Source of the DNA: an uncultured Acetobacteraceae bacterium
Lineage (GTDB): Bacteria; Pseudomonadota; Alphaproteobacteria; Acetobacterales; Acetobacteraceae
Reading direction: 5' to 3'
Assembly (NCBI GenBank): GCA_964245755.1
Contig: CAXTNV010000004.1
Location: 1 to 63,825, forward strand
DNA: 63,825 nt
Shown here: in pieces, positions 51,039-62,233 of the stretch
Numbering within the stretch: the first letter of the stretch is position 1
Layout of the letters: each line of letters starts with the position of its first letter
Made by a program: the position numbers and the translations under genes
Notes under the pieces: model-generated
What the model saw: the letters and a program-made list of their open reading frames with translations, nothing else
Databases searched by the model: none
Told to the model about the DNA's origin: nothing

Positions 51039-51923
51039 ATGACCATACGCATCGGCATCAATCCGATTACCTGGTCCAACGACGACATGCCTGAGCTTGG
51101 TGCCGACACGCCGCTGGAGACCTGCCTCGCGGAGGCCGCGCGGGCCGGCTACGACGGGGTGGAGAAGGGCCACAAGTTCCCCTCGACTGCGTCGGCGATG
51201 AACGCGGCGCTGGAGCCGCACGGCCTGCGCTTCGTGTCCGGCTGGCACTCGATCGCACTGCTGAGTCGTGACGCCGGCGAGGAGTTCCGGCACGCGCGGG
51301 CGGATCTCGATCTGCTCCGTGGCACCGGCGCCGGCGTGATGATCGTCTGCGAGACCTCCAACACGATCCACACCGACCGGGCGGCAAGGCTGTCGCGTCG
51401 GCCGATGCTGCAGGCCGGCGAGTGGCAGCGCTTCGGCGAGCGCCTCACCGCGTTCGCCCGTGCCCTGCGCTCGGAAGGCATACGCCTCGTCTACCACCAT
51501 CACATGGGAACGGTGGTGCAGACGTCGGAGGAGATCGAGCTGCTGATGGAGAACACCGGTGCCGAGGTGCAGCTCCTGCTCGACACCGGCCATGCCGCGT
51601 GGGGCGGCTCCGATCCGGCCGCACTCGCCGCGCGCCACCGCGACCGGATCGGTCACGTGCATTGCAAGGACATCCGCGCCGGCGTCCGCGCGCGGGCGGA
51701 TCGTGAGGACTGGAGCTTCCTCGACAGCGTGCTGGCCGGAATCTTCACCGTCCCCGGCGACGGCTCGCTCGAGTTCCCGTCGCTGTTCCGCAACCTGCGG
51801 AACTATGACGGCTGGGTCGTGGTCGAGGCGGAACAGGATCCTGCCAAGGCGCACCCGCTCACCTGCGCGACGATGGGACATCGCAACCTCGCAGGCTTCC
51901 TGTCCGAGGCGGGACTGCGCTGA
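51039..51923 (+). CDS. iolE: myo-Inosose-2 dehydratase
   Basis: GINPITWSNDD, YHHHMGT, LDTGH, HVHCKD and VEAEQDP. Confidence 0.96.
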   Translation: MTIRIGINPITWSNDDMPELGADTPLETCLAEAARAGYDGVEKGHKFPSTASAMNAALEPHGLRFVSGWHSIALLSRDAGEEFRHARADLDLLRGTGAGVMIVCETSNTIHTDRAARLSRRPMLQAGEWQRFGERLTAFARALRSEGIRLVYHHHMGTVVQTSEEIELLMENTGAEVQLLLDTGHAAWGGSDPAALAARHRDRIGHVHCKDIRAGVRARADREDWSFLDSVLAGIFTVPGDGSLEFPSLFRNLRNYDGWVVVEAEQDPAKAHPLTCATMGHRNLAGFLSEAGLR

Positions 51924-52720
51924 TGTCGCGGCTTCTCGTCCATCCGCGCGTTCCCGGCGCCGACCGGGTGGTGCATCGCATCACCCCGCAGACCGCCGGA
52001 TGGCGCTTCGTGGGCCTCGAGGTGCTCGACCTGCAGACGGACGACGTGATCAGGCGACCCGGGGACGACCGCGAGCTGTGCCTGGTGCTGGTGCGCGGAG
52101 CAGCGGAGATCGTCGCCGGCGGGATCGATTTCGGCCTGATCGGCGGTCGCGCCGATCCGTTCGAGGCGGGTCCGCACGCCGTCTACGTGCCGCCGCGTAG
52201 GGCGTTCTCCGTGCGGGCGGCCGGACCGGTCGAGCTGGCCATCTGCGCCTCTCCCGCCAAGGGCGGGCTCGAGCCGCGACTGATCCGGCCTGACGATGCC
52301 GGCGAGCTGGTGCGCGGCACCGGCACCAACGCCCGCACCGTGCGCAACATTCTCCCCGATACCGCGGAGGCGGAGACGCTGCTGGTGGTCGAGGTGGTGA
52401 CGCCTGGCGGACACTGGTCCAGCTACCCGCCACACAAGCACGACACCGACGACTTCCCGAACGAGACCTACCTGGAGGAGACCTACTACCATCGCCTGCG
52501 ACGCGGCGCCGGCTTCGCGGTGCAGCGCGTCTACACCAAGGACGGCAGCCTCGACGAAGCGATGGCGGTGGCGGACCGGGATGTGGTGCTGGTCCCGAAG
52601 GGTTATCATCCCGTCGGCGCACCGCACGGCTTCGATCTCTACTACCTCAACGTGATGGCCGGCCCGCGCCGGTCCTGGAAGTTCACGATGGATCCGGACC
52701 AGGCGCATCTGCCGTACTGA
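51923..52720 (+). CDS. iolB: 5-deoxy-glucuronate isomerase
   Basis: [22 protein letters not shown] and YLNVMAGP. Confidence 0.96.
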   Translation: MSRLLVHPRVPGADRVVHRITPQTAGWRFVGLEVLDLQTDDVIRRPGDDRELCLVLVRGAAEIVAGGIDFGLIGGRADPFEAGPHAVYVPPRRAFSVRAAGPVELAICASPAKGGLEPRLIRPDDAGELVRGTGTNARTVRNILPDTAEAETLLVVEVVTPGGHWSSYPPHKHDTDDFPNETYLEETYYHRLRRGAGFAVQRVYTKDGSLDEAMAVADRDVVLVPKGYHPVGAPHGFDLYYLNVMAGPRRSWKFTMDPDQAHLPY

Positions 52721-52761
52721 CGACGATCCCGCCCAACGCCGACGCCCGAAGGAAACTGGAA

Positions 52762-54258
52762 ATGCCCGAGCAGGTCGAACACTTCATCGGCGGCCAACGC
52801 ACCGGAGGTCGCGGTGATCGCCGGGCGGACGTCTTCGAACCCGCCAGCGGCCGGGTGGCGCGGCAGGTGGTGCTCGGCTCGGCCGAGGATGTCGATGCGG
52901 CGGTGAGGCTGGCGCGCCAGGCGTTCCCGGCCTGGGCCGCGACGACGCCGCTCGCCCGCGCCAGGGTGATGTTCCGGTTCCGCGATCTGCTCGAGCAGCA
53001 TGCCGGCGATCTGGCCGCGATCATCACGTCGGAGCACGGCAAGGTGCTGTCGGACGCGCTCGGCGAGGTCACGCGCGGGATGGAGGTCGTCGAATACGCG
53101 ACGGCTGCCCCGGAGCTGCTCAAGGGCGACTTCACCGAGCAGGCGGGACGCGGGATCGACGCCTACTCGATGCGCCAGCCGCTCGGTGTCGTGGCCGGGA
53201 TCACGCCGTTCAACTTCCCGGTGATGGTGCCGCTGTGGATGATGCCGATGGCGATCGCCGCGGGCAACTGCTTCATCCTCAAGCCTTCGGAGCGCGACCC
53301 GTCGGCGTCGCTGATGCTGGCGGATCTGCTGAAACGCGCGGGGCTGCCGGACGGCGTCATGCAGGTCGTCCAGGGCGACAAGGAGGTCGTGGACGCCATC
53401 CTGCGCCATCCCGACATCCAGGCCGTCAGTTTCGTCGGCTCGACGCCGATCGCGCGCCATATCCAGCAGACGGGCATCGCGCACGGCAAGCGCGTGCAGG
53501 CGCTGGGCGGCGCCAAGAACCACGCCGTCATCATGCCCGACTGCGATCTCGACAAGACCGTCGATGCGCTGATGGGCGCCGCTTACGGTTCTGCCGGTGA
53601 GCGCTGCATGGCGATCTCCGTCGCGGTCGCGGTCGGCGACATCGCGAACCCGCTGGTCGAGACACTGGCACAGCGCGTCCGCGCGCTGAAGATCGGCGCC
53701 GGGACCGAGGCGGACGCCGAGATGGGACCGCTGGTGACCCGGGCGCACCTGCAGAGGGTGACCGGCTACATCGACACCGGAGTGGCGGAGGGCGCCAAGC
53801 TGGTGGTCGACGGGCGGAACCTGCGTCTGCAAGGCTACGAGGACGGTTTCTTCATCGGGGGCACGTTGTTCGACGACGTCACCCCCGACATGCGCATCTA
53901 CCGTGAGGAAATCTTCGGACCGGTGCTCTCGGTGGTGCGTGCGCCGGTGTTCGACGATGCGCTGCAGATCGTCAATTCGCACGAGTTCGGCAACGGCACC
54001 GCGATCTTCACCCGCGACGGCGACGCCGCGCGCGCCTTCGTGCACGGCGTGCAGGCCGGGATGGTCGGCGTGAACGTGCCGATCCCGGTGCCGATGGCGT
54101 TCCACTCGTTCGGCGGCTGGAAGTCCTCGTTGTTCGGTGACCATCACATGCACGGGCCGGAGGGAATCCGCTTCTTCACCAAGCTGAAGACCGTCACGTC
54201 GCGCTGGCCCACGGGCATACGCGCGGGCGCCGAGTTCGTGATGCCGACGCTGAGCTGA
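52762..54258 (+). CDS. mmsA: CoA-acylating (methyl)malonate-semialdehyde dehydrogenase (IolA)
   Basis: [28 protein letters not shown] and VNVPIPVP. Confidence 0.95.
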   Translation: MPEQVEHFIGGQRTGGRGDRRADVFEPASGRVARQVVLGSAEDVDAAVRLARQAFPAWAATTPLARARVMFRFRDLLEQHAGDLAAIITSEHGKVLSDALGEVTRGMEVVEYATAAPELLKGDFTEQAGRGIDAYSMRQPLGVVAGITPFNFPVMVPLWMMPMAIAAGNCFILKPSERDPSASLMLADLLKRAGLPDGVMQVVQGDKEVVDAILRHPDIQAVSFVGSTPIARHIQQTGIAHGKRVQALGGAKNHAVIMPDCDLDKTVDALMGAAYGSAGERCMAISVAVAVGDIANPLVETLAQRVRALKIGAGTEADAEMGPLVTRAHLQRVTGYIDTGVAEGAKLVVDGRNLRLQGYEDGFFIGGTLFDDVTPDMRIYREEIFGPVLSVVRAPVFDDALQIVNSHEFGNGTAIFTRDGDAARAFVHGVQAGMVGVNVPIPVPMAFHSFGGWKSSLFGDHHMHGPEGIRFFTKLKTVTSRWPTGIRAGAEFVMPTLS

Positions 54259-54275
54259 ACGGGAGCGACGGCGGG

Positions 54276-55307
54276 ATGACGCTCAGGGTCGGCGTGATCG
54301 GCACCGGCGCGATCGGACGTGACCACATCAGGCGGTGCAGCCGGGTGCTGCGCGGTGCTGCGGTGGTCGCCGCCAGCGACATCGACCTCGAGCAGGCGCG
54401 CAACGCGGTCATGCCCTATCCGCACGCACGGGTCTACGAGACCGGCGAGGCGCTGATCGCGGCGCCTGAGGTGGACGCCGTGCTCGTGACCTCCTGGGGT
54501 GCGACGCACGCGCAATACGTTCTGGCGGCGATCGAGGCCGGCAAGTTCGTGTTCTGCGAGAAGCCGCTCGCCACCACGGAGGCGGAGTGCCGCCGGATCG
54601 TCGACGCGGAGATCGTGCATGGCAGGCGGCTGGTGCAGGTCGGCTTCATGCGGCCCTACGATGCCGGCTATCGTGCGCTCAGGAGGGTGGTGCAGGGAGG
54701 CGCCATCGGCGCGCCGCTGATGGTGCACTGCGCGCATCGCAACGCCGGCGCGCCCGCGCACTTCACCACCGAGATGGCGATCAACGACACGCTGGTGCAT
54801 GAACTCGACGTGCTGCGCTGGCTGCTCCGCGACGACTACGTCTCCGCCCAGGTGGTGTTCCCGCGCAAGTCGAGCCGGCTGCGGATCGACATGCGCGACC
54901 CGCAGATCGTCCTGCTGGAAACCGCGGCCGGCGTGCGTATCGACGTCGAGATCTTCGTCAACTGCCAATACGGGTACGACATCCAGTGCGAGGTCGTGGG
55001 CGAGCTGGGAACCGCCCGGCTGCCGGAGCCCAGCGCGGTCGGACTGCGTCTCGAGGCGACGCTTTCGACGACGATCCTGACCGACTGGAAGCAGCGCTTC
55101 ATCGACGCCTACGACGCCGAACTGCAGGAATTCATCGATCGCTGTGGCCAGGGAGGACCGGTCGGGCCGAGCAGCTGGGACGGCTACGCGGCCGCGGTCG
55201 CTTCCGACGCCTGCGTGAGCGCGCAGGCCAGCGGCGCCATCGTGCCGATCGCGATGCCGTCGCGGCCGGCTCTCTACGATCCGACAGAGCAGGAGCTGCT
55301 GCACTAG
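54276..55307 (+). CDS. iolG: Second inositol 2-dehydrogenase (Bacillus/enterobacterial IolG type)
   Basis: [41 protein letters not shown] and [10 protein letters not shown]. Confidence 0.85.
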   Translation: MTLRVGVIGTGAIGRDHIRRCSRVLRGAAVVAASDIDLEQARNAVMPYPHARVYETGEALIAAPEVDAVLVTSWGATHAQYVLAAIEAGKFVFCEKPLATTEAECRRIVDAEIVHGRRLVQVGFMRPYDAGYRALRRVVQGGAIGAPLMVHCAHRNAGAPAHFTTEMAINDTLVHELDVLRWLLRDDYVSAQVVFPRKSSRLRIDMRDPQIVLLETAAGVRIDVEIFVNCQYGYDIQCEVVGELGTARLPEPSAVGLRLEATLSTTILTDWKQRFIDAYDAELQEFIDRCGQGGPVGPSSWDGYAAAVASDACVSAQASGAIVPIAMPSRPALYDPTEQELLH

Positions 55308-55393
55308 CTCCGACGGTCTGTCGGCACGTGCCGGTCGATGGCATGGCGAAGACCGGTGTATCGAGTTCGCCGCCTGGAACGGAGACGAGCAAC

Positions 55394-55822
55394 ATGGACC
55401 CCGCTGCGGAAGTGCTCAGACACTTCTACGAAGCCGAAGAGACCTACATGTCTTCCGACCATCCCGACTTCGCGGTCATCGCCAGGACACTGCATCCGGC
55501 CTGCGCGATCTTTCAACCGGCCTCGCTTCCCTATGGCGGCGCGTGGCATGGTCACGAAGGTTTCGAGCGTTGGCTCAGGAAGTTCGGGGCAGCCTGGTCG
55601 GCGCTCTCGGTTCAAGACTCCCGCGTCTTCCCGACCGGTGACGGAGAGACGGTGTTCAGCATGTCGCACGTTCATGCCATCGCACGCGCCACCGGTAAAC
55701 CGGCGGACTGGCCGTTGCTCCAGTATTTCAAAGTGCGCGACGGCCTGATCCTCGAGTTGCGCCCGTTCCACTGGGACACCGCCTCGATGCTGCCGGCACT
55801 CGATGGTGGACCTCCGTCCTAG
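55394..55822 (+). CDS. SnoaL/NTF2-like domain protein
   Basis: GGAG RBS, SLPYGGAWHGHEG and VRDGLILELRPFHWDT. Confidence 0.82.
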   Translation: MDPAAEVLRHFYEAEETYMSSDHPDFAVIARTLHPACAIFQPASLPYGGAWHGHEGFERWLRKFGAAWSALSVQDSRVFPTGDGETVFSMSHVHAIARATGKPADWPLLQYFKVRDGLILELRPFHWDTASMLPALDGGPPS

Positions 55823-55869
55823 ACGAGCTCACGGTCGGCCTCGTCCCGGGCTGCCGCATGGCGACGCGA

Positions 55870-56568
55870 TCAGCTCGGCGGCGCCGCCCGCTTGCGTTTC
55901 GGTGCGGCCGTGTCGGGACGCCTGCGTGTTCCGGGTCGCCGACCGGGGCCGTCAGCTGGCGACCGGACGGCGCAGGCATCCCAGGCGCCCATGACGGCCG
56001 AGACGCCGGCGTCCAGCATCGCGAGCGGAACGCCATCCCGGGCCTCCGTGGCCAGGCCGACCAGGAAGGTGTCGAGCAGCACGGCGAGAGCGTCGGCATC
56101 CATGTCGTCCCGCAACTCGCCGTTGTCGATCGCGCGCGCGATGCAGGCACGGAAGGCTTCGCGGTTGCGCTTCCGCTCGGCGGCGAGCCCTGTCTGGAGA
56201 TGCCGGTTCTCGAGAGCGCCGACGGCGGCGGAGAGGATCACCAGGCACCCGAGCGGGTGAGCCTCGTCGGTCTGCATCCGGACGGAGTCGCGCAGCGTCC
56301 GCTCAACCGCATGCCGAGGCTTCAGGGTGAGGTCCAGCAGCGGTGCGGTCACCCTGCCATGTGTTTGCAGATAGAGGTCGAGCACCTCCCGGAACAGTTC
56401 CTCCTTGGACCTGAACGCGGCATAGAAGCTCGCGCTCGAGATGCCGCCCATCGCGTCCTTGAGGTTCGACAGCGAAGTGGCCTCGTAGCCGTGCTGCCAG
56501 AACAGCCGCATCGCCTGCCCGACTGCCTCATCCTTGTCGAACTCTCGCGGGCGGCCGGTCCTGGCCAT
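55870..56568 (-). CDS. TetR-family regulator (ComR/NemR-like)
   Basis: MARTGRPREFD, FWQHGYEATS, SFYAAFRSKEELF and GCL. Confidence 0.92.
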   Translation of the reverse strand: MARTGRPREFDKDEAVGQAMRLFWQHGYEATSLSNLKDAMGGISSASFYAAFRSKEELFREVLDLYLQTHGRVTAPLLDLTLKPRHAVERTLRDSVRMQTDEAHPLGCLVILSAAVGALENRHLQTGLAAERKRNREAFRACIARAIDNGELRDDMDADALAVLLDTFLVGLATEARDGVPLAMLDAGVSAVMGAWDACAVRSPADGPGRRPGTRRRPDTAAPKRKRAAPPS

Positions 56569-56671
56569 GTCGATCTCCCTCTCGTGTTCTGAAGTGGTCG
56601 GTCCGGAACTCGTTGACAAGCGCGGTCGCTGCAGCCATCTGCGGACCGGTCGTTCTCGCGAGGAAGAAAGG

Positions 56672-57880
56672 ATGGCGGCGAGCATCACCGCTGCAGGGGC
56701 TGCGCCTGCGCCGGCCGAGAGGCTGCCCGTGCTCGGCCTGCTGGCGCTCGCGATGACGGGGTTCGTGGCGATCATGACCGAGACCATACCCGCCGGACTG
56801 CTGCACCCGATCGGCGCCGGCCTCGGCGTCGCCGACGCGGTGGCGGGACAGCTGGTGACCGCCTACGCCGCGGGCTCCGTGCTCGCGGCGATCCCGCTGG
56901 TGACGGCGACCCTGGGATGGCGGCGTCGCACCGTGCTGCTGCTATCCGTCGCGGGCCTGCTCTTCTTCAATTCAGTGACCGCAATGTCCAGCGACTACAG
57001 CCTCACGATGCTGGCGCGGTTCCTTGCCGGCGTGTCGGCCGGGCTCGCCTGGGGCCTGGTCGGAAGCTATGCGCGGCGGATGGTGGTTCCCCGGCTGCAG
57101 GGACGGGCACTGGCGGTGGCGATGATCGGGACGCCGATCGCCCTGTCGATCGGAGTGCCCGCCGGTACGCTGCTGGGCGAGCTGCTGGGGTGGCGCATGA
57201 CGTTCGGAGTCCTGTCGGGGGTAACGCTCGTGCTGATCGGCTGGATCCTGTGCTTCGTGCCGGACTTCGCCGGTCAGGCGGCCGCGACGCGTGTGTCGCT
57301 GCACGCGGTGCTGCTCGCGCCGGCACTGCGCCCGGTGCTGTTCGTCGTGTTCGCCTGGATGCTGGCGCACAACGTGCTCTACATCTACGTCGTGCCGTTC
57401 GCCGCCCGCGCCGGTCTCGATGACCGGATCGACTTCCTGCTGATGCTGTTCGGGCTGTTCGCCCTGCTCGGTATCATCGCGGCGGGTCGGCTGGTCGACC
57501 GGCACCTCCGGTCGAGCGTCGTCGCCAGTCTGCTGCTATTCGCGCTGGTCGCCGTTGTCCTGATCGTTGCTGGCCGAGTCCCGTCGCTGGTGTTCATGGC
57601 CACGGCGCTGTGGGGACTGAGCTTCGGCGGCGCATCGACGCTCCTCAACACCGCCGCCGCCGACGCGGCCGGTGAAGGTGCCGATATATCGCTCGCCGGC
57701 GTGACGACGGTGTGGAACGCGGCGATCGCCGCAGGCGGCATGGTGGGCGGTTTCCTCCTGACCAGCTTCGGGCCCGTCCTGCTTCCGGTCGCCGTGCTGG
57801 GCTGCGTGTTCATGGCGCTCGCGGCGACGCTGAGCGCGCGGAGCAACGGCTTTCCAGGCGCACGTGCGATATCCTCCTGA
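56672..57880 (+). CDS. MFS efflux transporter (DHA1, NepI/AraJ-like)
   Basis: MTETIPAGLL, AGQLVTAYA and GVPAGTLLG. Divergent from TetR, with TTGACA in the intergenic region. Confidence 0.92.
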   Translation: MAASITAAGAAPAPAERLPVLGLLALAMTGFVAIMTETIPAGLLHPIGAGLGVADAVAGQLVTAYAAGSVLAAIPLVTATLGWRRRTVLLLSVAGLLFFNSVTAMSSDYSLTMLARFLAGVSAGLAWGLVGSYARRMVVPRLQGRALAVAMIGTPIALSIGVPAGTLLGELLGWRMTFGVLSGVTLVLIGWILCFVPDFAGQAAATRVSLHAVLLAPALRPVLFVVFAWMLAHNVLYIYVVPFAARAGLDDRIDFLLMLFGLFALLGIIAAGRLVDRHLRSSVVASLLLFALVAVVLIVAGRVPSLVFMATALWGLSFGGASTLLNTAAADAAGEGADISLAGVTTVWNAAIAAGGMVGGFLLTSFGPVLLPVAVLGCVFMALAATLSARSNGFPGARAISS

Positions 57881-58378
57881 ACGACGGGAGGTGATGAGCA
57901 AGGCCGTTGCGATGGAGTGATCGGACCGCGCCTTGGCCTTTCCCTGCCGTCGTCGCAGCGGAAGTTCGCGGCGAACCTGCTGATGCTGGCCCCGGGGCCG
58001 GAGCCGGGATGGCCCTGAGGCCGTCGCAGTCGCACGAACCGGTGCTTCCCGGACGTTCTGCCAGGTCTCATGGCAGTGGCATGGGGACGGGGAAGTAAAG
58101 GAAGCTGGGAGTTCGCCAAGCTCGCAGCGGAAGTGGTGGGCCGCATCGTGCTCGTGTGCCGACGGTGTCGGCGCGAGCCGGCTGACCGCATTGCCATCGT
58201 ATCGAACCGGGCCCGAGGCGTCTCGGAGCCAGACGTGCGGCTGTGACACTGACCGGTCGGCGATTCTCCTTGCATCGGCACATGACGACGAACATCTTAA
58301 GTGCAGGTTTCCTCCGTTCGAGAGGAAAACCGCCATGAGCTTTTCCTGTAGCTGATCGCAAATCGCTGGAGGCTGTTC

Positions 58379-58717
58379 GTGCTGTCTCTTCGCAACCGCG
58401 CTTATCGCCGGCAACCATTGCAACTACCTCTGGTCGCTGCAGTCCTGCTCGGTGGGTGCAGCGCGCATTGGAACCCCTATACTGCTGAAGACACTGTCTG
58501 CTTGAACAAGCAAGTATACAGTAATCATCTATCGCTGGATCGCGCTGTTTCAGCCTGCGGTGCGCCGGTACCTGACCTGACAGGTGACAGGAACCTGCAG
58601 CAAGTTGCGATGAACGCCGGGGTAAAGTTCCGTGTAGATCGCAACCTTGACCCGAGTGCCAGGCCGACGGGCGATGCGACAACGCAGCCTGGCGCACACT
58701 TCATCCCGATCTACTGA
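58379..58717 (+). CDS. Hypothetical lipoprotein
   Basis: Basic N-region, hydrophobic stretch and lipobox LGGC. No family recognised. Confidence 0.55.
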   Translation: MLSLRNRAYRRQPLQLPLVAAVLLGGCSAHWNPYTAEDTVCLNKQVYSNHLSLDRAVSACGAPVPDLTGDRNLQQVAMNAGVKFRVDRNLDPSARPTGDATTQPGAHFIPIY

Positions 58718-58773
58718 AGCAGATGGCCCGCTCGATCGGGTCGTGGGCCGATCGATGCGACGCTGGTCAAACA

Positions 58774-58798
58774 AACCGGTGCGCGCATCGCACCGGTT
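58774..58798. other. Perfect 10-bp hairpin AACCGGTGCG-N5-CGCACCGGTT
   Basis: Inverted repeat with a T-rich tail on the minus strand. It may be a terminator or an operator. Confidence 0.55.
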
Positions 58799-58890
58799 CA
58801 GCAGGTCGCGATCCGCCTGATCGCCTCGCCTGCACGCGGTGACCTGCCTGCTCCATCACGGAAGCCCTCAGGAAGGCGAGAGGTCATTCC

Positions 58891-59337
58891 ATGTCCAGGG
58901 CCACCCCGACGTCGAGCCGCCCCGAGGATCTCGCGACTTCGCCCGGACCCGATCCCCGGCCGGCTCCCGGCCAGTCCGACCGGCCGCACCGCGGCGTGGT
59001 CGTGACCGGCGAGAACGGCGAGGATGGGCCCAAGGCGTTCTACATCCACATCGAGGCGCTGCCGGGAAACGAGGACGAGGTCGTCCGGATGCTGAAGGAC
59101 ATCTTCGACTGCGTCATGGGCGAGCCCGCAACAGGACCGTGGTACGGGGTGCGCTACTCGAAGACCACCTTCGGCATCTTCGAGGCGTTTCCCGACATCA
59201 CGGGGCGGGATGCCCATGTCGCGGGAGGCGGCGGCGACATCTTCCGCGATGTAGGACGGATGAACCGCATCCTCGCGTATCCTGCCCACGTGTATCGCGT
59301 CGACGTCCTCTTCACCAAGAAGGTGTTCGCCGGCTAG
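58891..59337 (+). CDS. Antibiotic biosynthesis monooxygenase (ABM)-like protein
   Basis: EALPGNEDEV, EPATGPW, TTFGIFEAFPD..GRDAH and VDVL. Confidence 0.82.
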   Translation: MSRATPTSSRPEDLATSPGPDPRPAPGQSDRPHRGVVVTGENGEDGPKAFYIHIEALPGNEDEVVRMLKDIFDCVMGEPATGPWYGVRYSKTTFGIFEAFPDITGRDAHVAGGGGDIFRDVGRMNRILAYPAHVYRVDVLFTKKVFAG

Positions 59338-59431
59338 GCGCTGCGCGGGAGGGTGCGGGCGCGATCGTCCGCGCCCGTCGGCGGCCTCACGGCCGGCTGG
59401 GTCGACAATGCATGGGCCGGCGCAAGCTTGT

Positions 59432-60190
59432 CTAATGGGTCGTCGCGTTGACCATGCCGAACGCCTCGGCAAACTTGTCCCGCTCCGCGGCAAAGCGCAG
59501 CGGCTCGCACCGGCCGACCACCACCTCGGTGACGTCCCGCTGGATCGACAGGATGTCCATGACCTCGGCGATGAAATCACCGAGCGGCATGGCCCGCGGA
59601 TCGCTCGCCTGCTGCGGCGTCATCAGCTCGGTCTGGACGTACGGAGGGACCAGCTCGATGACCTCCACCGTGGTGCCGGACAGCTGATGACGCAGCGACA
59701 TGGAATACGAGTGGATGGCGGCCTTCGTGGCGGAATAGGTGGGAGCCGCCGCCAGCGGCACGAACGCCAGGCCCGACGTGACCGTCAGCACCGCGGCGCG
59801 AGGCTGCCGCTGCAACTGCGGCAGCAGCGCTTCGGTCAGGCGGATCGGCCCCAGCAGGTTGGTGGCGATGGTCTGCTCGGCGATCCCGGCCGCTCCGCCA
59901 GCGGCCGTCACGTCCTCCGGCTTCATGATGCCCGCGTTGTTGATCAGCACGTTCAGGGCCGGATGCGACCGCGCGACCTGCCCGGCCAGGGCTCGCACGC
60001 CGGCCGCGTCACTGACGTCCGCCTGGATAGACATCATGCCGGGGTTGGCGGCGGTCACCTCGTCCAGAAGCTCGCGGCGCCGGCCCGAGATGATGACCTG
60101 GTTTCCGAGCTTGCGGAACGCCTCGGCCAGGCCGCGTCCGATACCGGAGGCGCCGCCGGTGATAAGGATGGTGTTGTCGGTGACCTGCAT
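59432..60190 (-). CDS. SDR oxidoreductase (DltE-like), paralog of 32845..33597
   Basis: TGGASGIG, NNAGI, YSATK, ELVPPYVQT and DPRAMPL. Confidence 0.92.
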   Translation of the reverse strand: MQVTDNTILITGGASGIGRGLAEAFRKLGNQVIISGRRRELLDEVTAANPGMMSIQADVSDAAGVRALAGQVARSHPALNVLINNAGIMKPEDVTAAGGAAGIAEQTIATNLLGPIRLTEALLPQLQRQPRAAVLTVTSGLAFVPLAAAPTYSATKAAIHSYSMSLRHQLSGTTVEVIELVPPYVQTELMTPQQASDPRAMPLGDFIAEVMDILSIQRDVTEVVVGRCEPLRFAAERDKFAEAFGMVNATTH

Positions 60191-60301
60191 CGCGTTCGCT
60201 CCGAATTGCCCGTGCTGAAGGTAGGATCGACGCGCCCGGAGCGAAAGCAGGCACACGAAAATGCCCGGCGCACCGCACGGAACGCGGGTCGGACGCCGGC
60301 C

Positions 60302-61057
60302 TCAACGGTCCTGCGCCGGCGAACCATCGGCGGCACCGGCAGGGGCCTCCCGCCGCGCCGGTCCGGGCAGTGGCGCAGCCCGCCGTGCCATGCCGTACAG
60401 GAAGACGTCCACGCACTGGGACGCGCGTCGAGCGATCAGATCCGCGTCCGGCGCGGTGATGCCGAGCATCACCGAACGCTGCTGCCGCCCCAGCACGAGG
60501 GAAAGAAACAGGTCGGCGGTCTGCTCGGCATTCTCCCCGGCATCGATCTCACCGGCCCGTTCGTAGGACCGGAGCAGGTCGGCTATGATCGTCACGCAGC
60601 GCAGCCAACCCTCCTCGTGCGTCAGGCGCGCGAGTTCCGGAAAGCGCTGCGCCTCGGCGACGATGACCCGGTTGAGCGCGATCGCTTCCGGCAGCAGCGA
60701 CCGTTGCAGCAGCAGCGTGCCGATGGTGCGCAGGACCTTCGCGAGGTCGGCTCGCCGGCTGCCCGTCGCCGCCGACCGCGCTTCCGCCGCCAGGGGAGCC
60801 AGGACGGCCTCGACGCGCATCCGGAAGACCGACGCGAAAAGCCCGTGCTTGTCCCCGAAGCGGGCGTAGACGGTCGGCTTGCCGACGCCGGCGGCTTCGG
60901 CGAGCGCGTCCATCGTCGTGCCCTCGAAGCCGCGGCTCTCGAACATGCCGGCCGCGGTGGACAGGATCCTCCGGTCGCGCTCGGCCGCCTGCTTGCGTGT
61001 GGGGCGGCCGCCGGTGGCCGGGCGTCGCGTCGGTTCGGCTTGCACGCTCTCGGACAT
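60302..61057 (-). CDS. TetR-family regulator
   Basis: GGRPT, GFEGTTMDALAEAAGVGKPTVYARFGDKHGLF and EAQRFPELA. Confidence 0.9.
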   Translation of the reverse strand: MSESVQAEPTRRPATGGRPTRKQAAERDRRILSTAAGMFESRGFEGTTMDALAEAAGVGKPTVYARFGDKHGLFASVFRMRVEAVLAPLAAEARSAATGSRRADLAKVLRTIGTLLLQRSLLPEAIALNRVIVAEAQRFPELARLTHEEGWLRCVTIIADLLRSYERAGEIDAGENAEQTADLFLSLVLGRQQRSVMLGITAPDADLIARRASQCVDVFLYGMARRAAPLPGPARREAPAGAADGSPAQDR

Positions 61058-61072
61058 CCGCCTTAATAGAAC

Positions 61073-61088
61073 GAAACGGTCAAGTTTC
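61073..61088. promoter_or_regulatory. Candidate TetR operator GAAAC-N6-GTTTC
   Basis: Inverted repeat in the 45-bp divergent TetR/emrA intergenic region. Confidence 0.5.
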
Positions 61089-61102
61089 CCAGGTAGTGTC
61101 GC

Positions 61103-62233
61103 ATGTCCTCGACGATCAAGGATCCTGGCCAGGTTTCGCCGTCGGCATTCGGCCCGGCGGCACCCTCGGGCGGGATACACGGCAGGCTGCGCCGCTCGCT
61201 GCTGCCCCTGGCCATGCTGGTCGCGCTGGCGGTCGGGCTCGCGTATGGCTGGCACTGGTACAGCGTCGGACGTTTCTTCGAGACGACCGAGGACGCCTAT
61301 GTCAGCGCCGACGCGGTGACGCTCGCGCCGCGGATCGCCGGGTATCTTGCCGCGGTGCCGGTTCGCGACAACCAGGAGGTCAAGGCGGGCGACCTGCTCG
61401 CCCGGATCGACGATCGCGACTATCGCGCGGCCCTGGCGCAGGCACAGGCCGAGGTCGCCTAGGGCCGCGCGTCGCTGAAGGCGACCGAGAGCCAGGTCGC
61501 GGAACAGCAACAGGCGATCGCGCAGGCCCAGGCCGACGTCGACGGCGACAAGGCCAAGCTGCGGTTCGCAGCACTGGAGCGGCAGCGAGCCGCCACCCTG
61601 TCCGCGAGCGGTGTCGGCAGCAGGGAGGTCCAGCAGCGCACCGAGGCGGAGCTCGATGAGGACGCCGCCGATGTTCGCCACGCGACCGCTTCCCTGGAAG
61701 TCGCCCGTGCCAAGATCCAGACGCTGCAGGCGGCGGGCGCCTATGCCATCGGCGCGATGGCCAAGGCCGCCGCCGACGTGGACCGCGCCCGGATCAACCT
61801 CGACGACACCCTGCTGCGGGCACCGGTCGACGGTGTCGTCGGCGACCGCAGCGCGCGCGTCGGCAACTACGTCCAGCCTGGCCTTGGCCTGCTCACGATC
61901 GTGCCGATGGGTCGCGGGCTCTACGTCACCGCGAACTTCAAGGAAACGCAGCTCGGCCGGATGCAGCCGCGCCAGTCTGTGGCGGTGACGGCCGATGCCT
62001 ATGCCGGCCACGTGTTCCACGGCGAGGTCGACGGCTTCTCGCCGGGCACCGGCTCGCAGTTCGCGCTGCTGCCCTCAGAGAACGCCACCGGCAACTTCAC
62101 CAAGATCGTGCAGAGGGTTCCGGTGCGCATCCGGCTCGAAGGCGACGAGGCGTCCCTGCGCAGGCTGCGCGCCGGGCTCTCGGTCGAGGTAAGCGTGGAC
62201 ACGCGGGGCGCCGGCCGGACACAGCCCGAGTGA
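61103..62233 (+). pseudogene. HlyD/EmrA-family membrane fusion protein interrupted by one in-frame TAG
   Basis: TEDAYV, DNQEVKAGD, then TAG at 61460-61462. The same frame continues to ANFKETQL and ENATGNFTKIVQRVPVRI. Confidence 0.88.

Noticed and set aside
57890-58200. Possible response-regulator receiver relic (DGPEAVAVAR...WEFAKLAAE)
   Set aside because: The similarity is too weak and spread over several frames to support without blastx.
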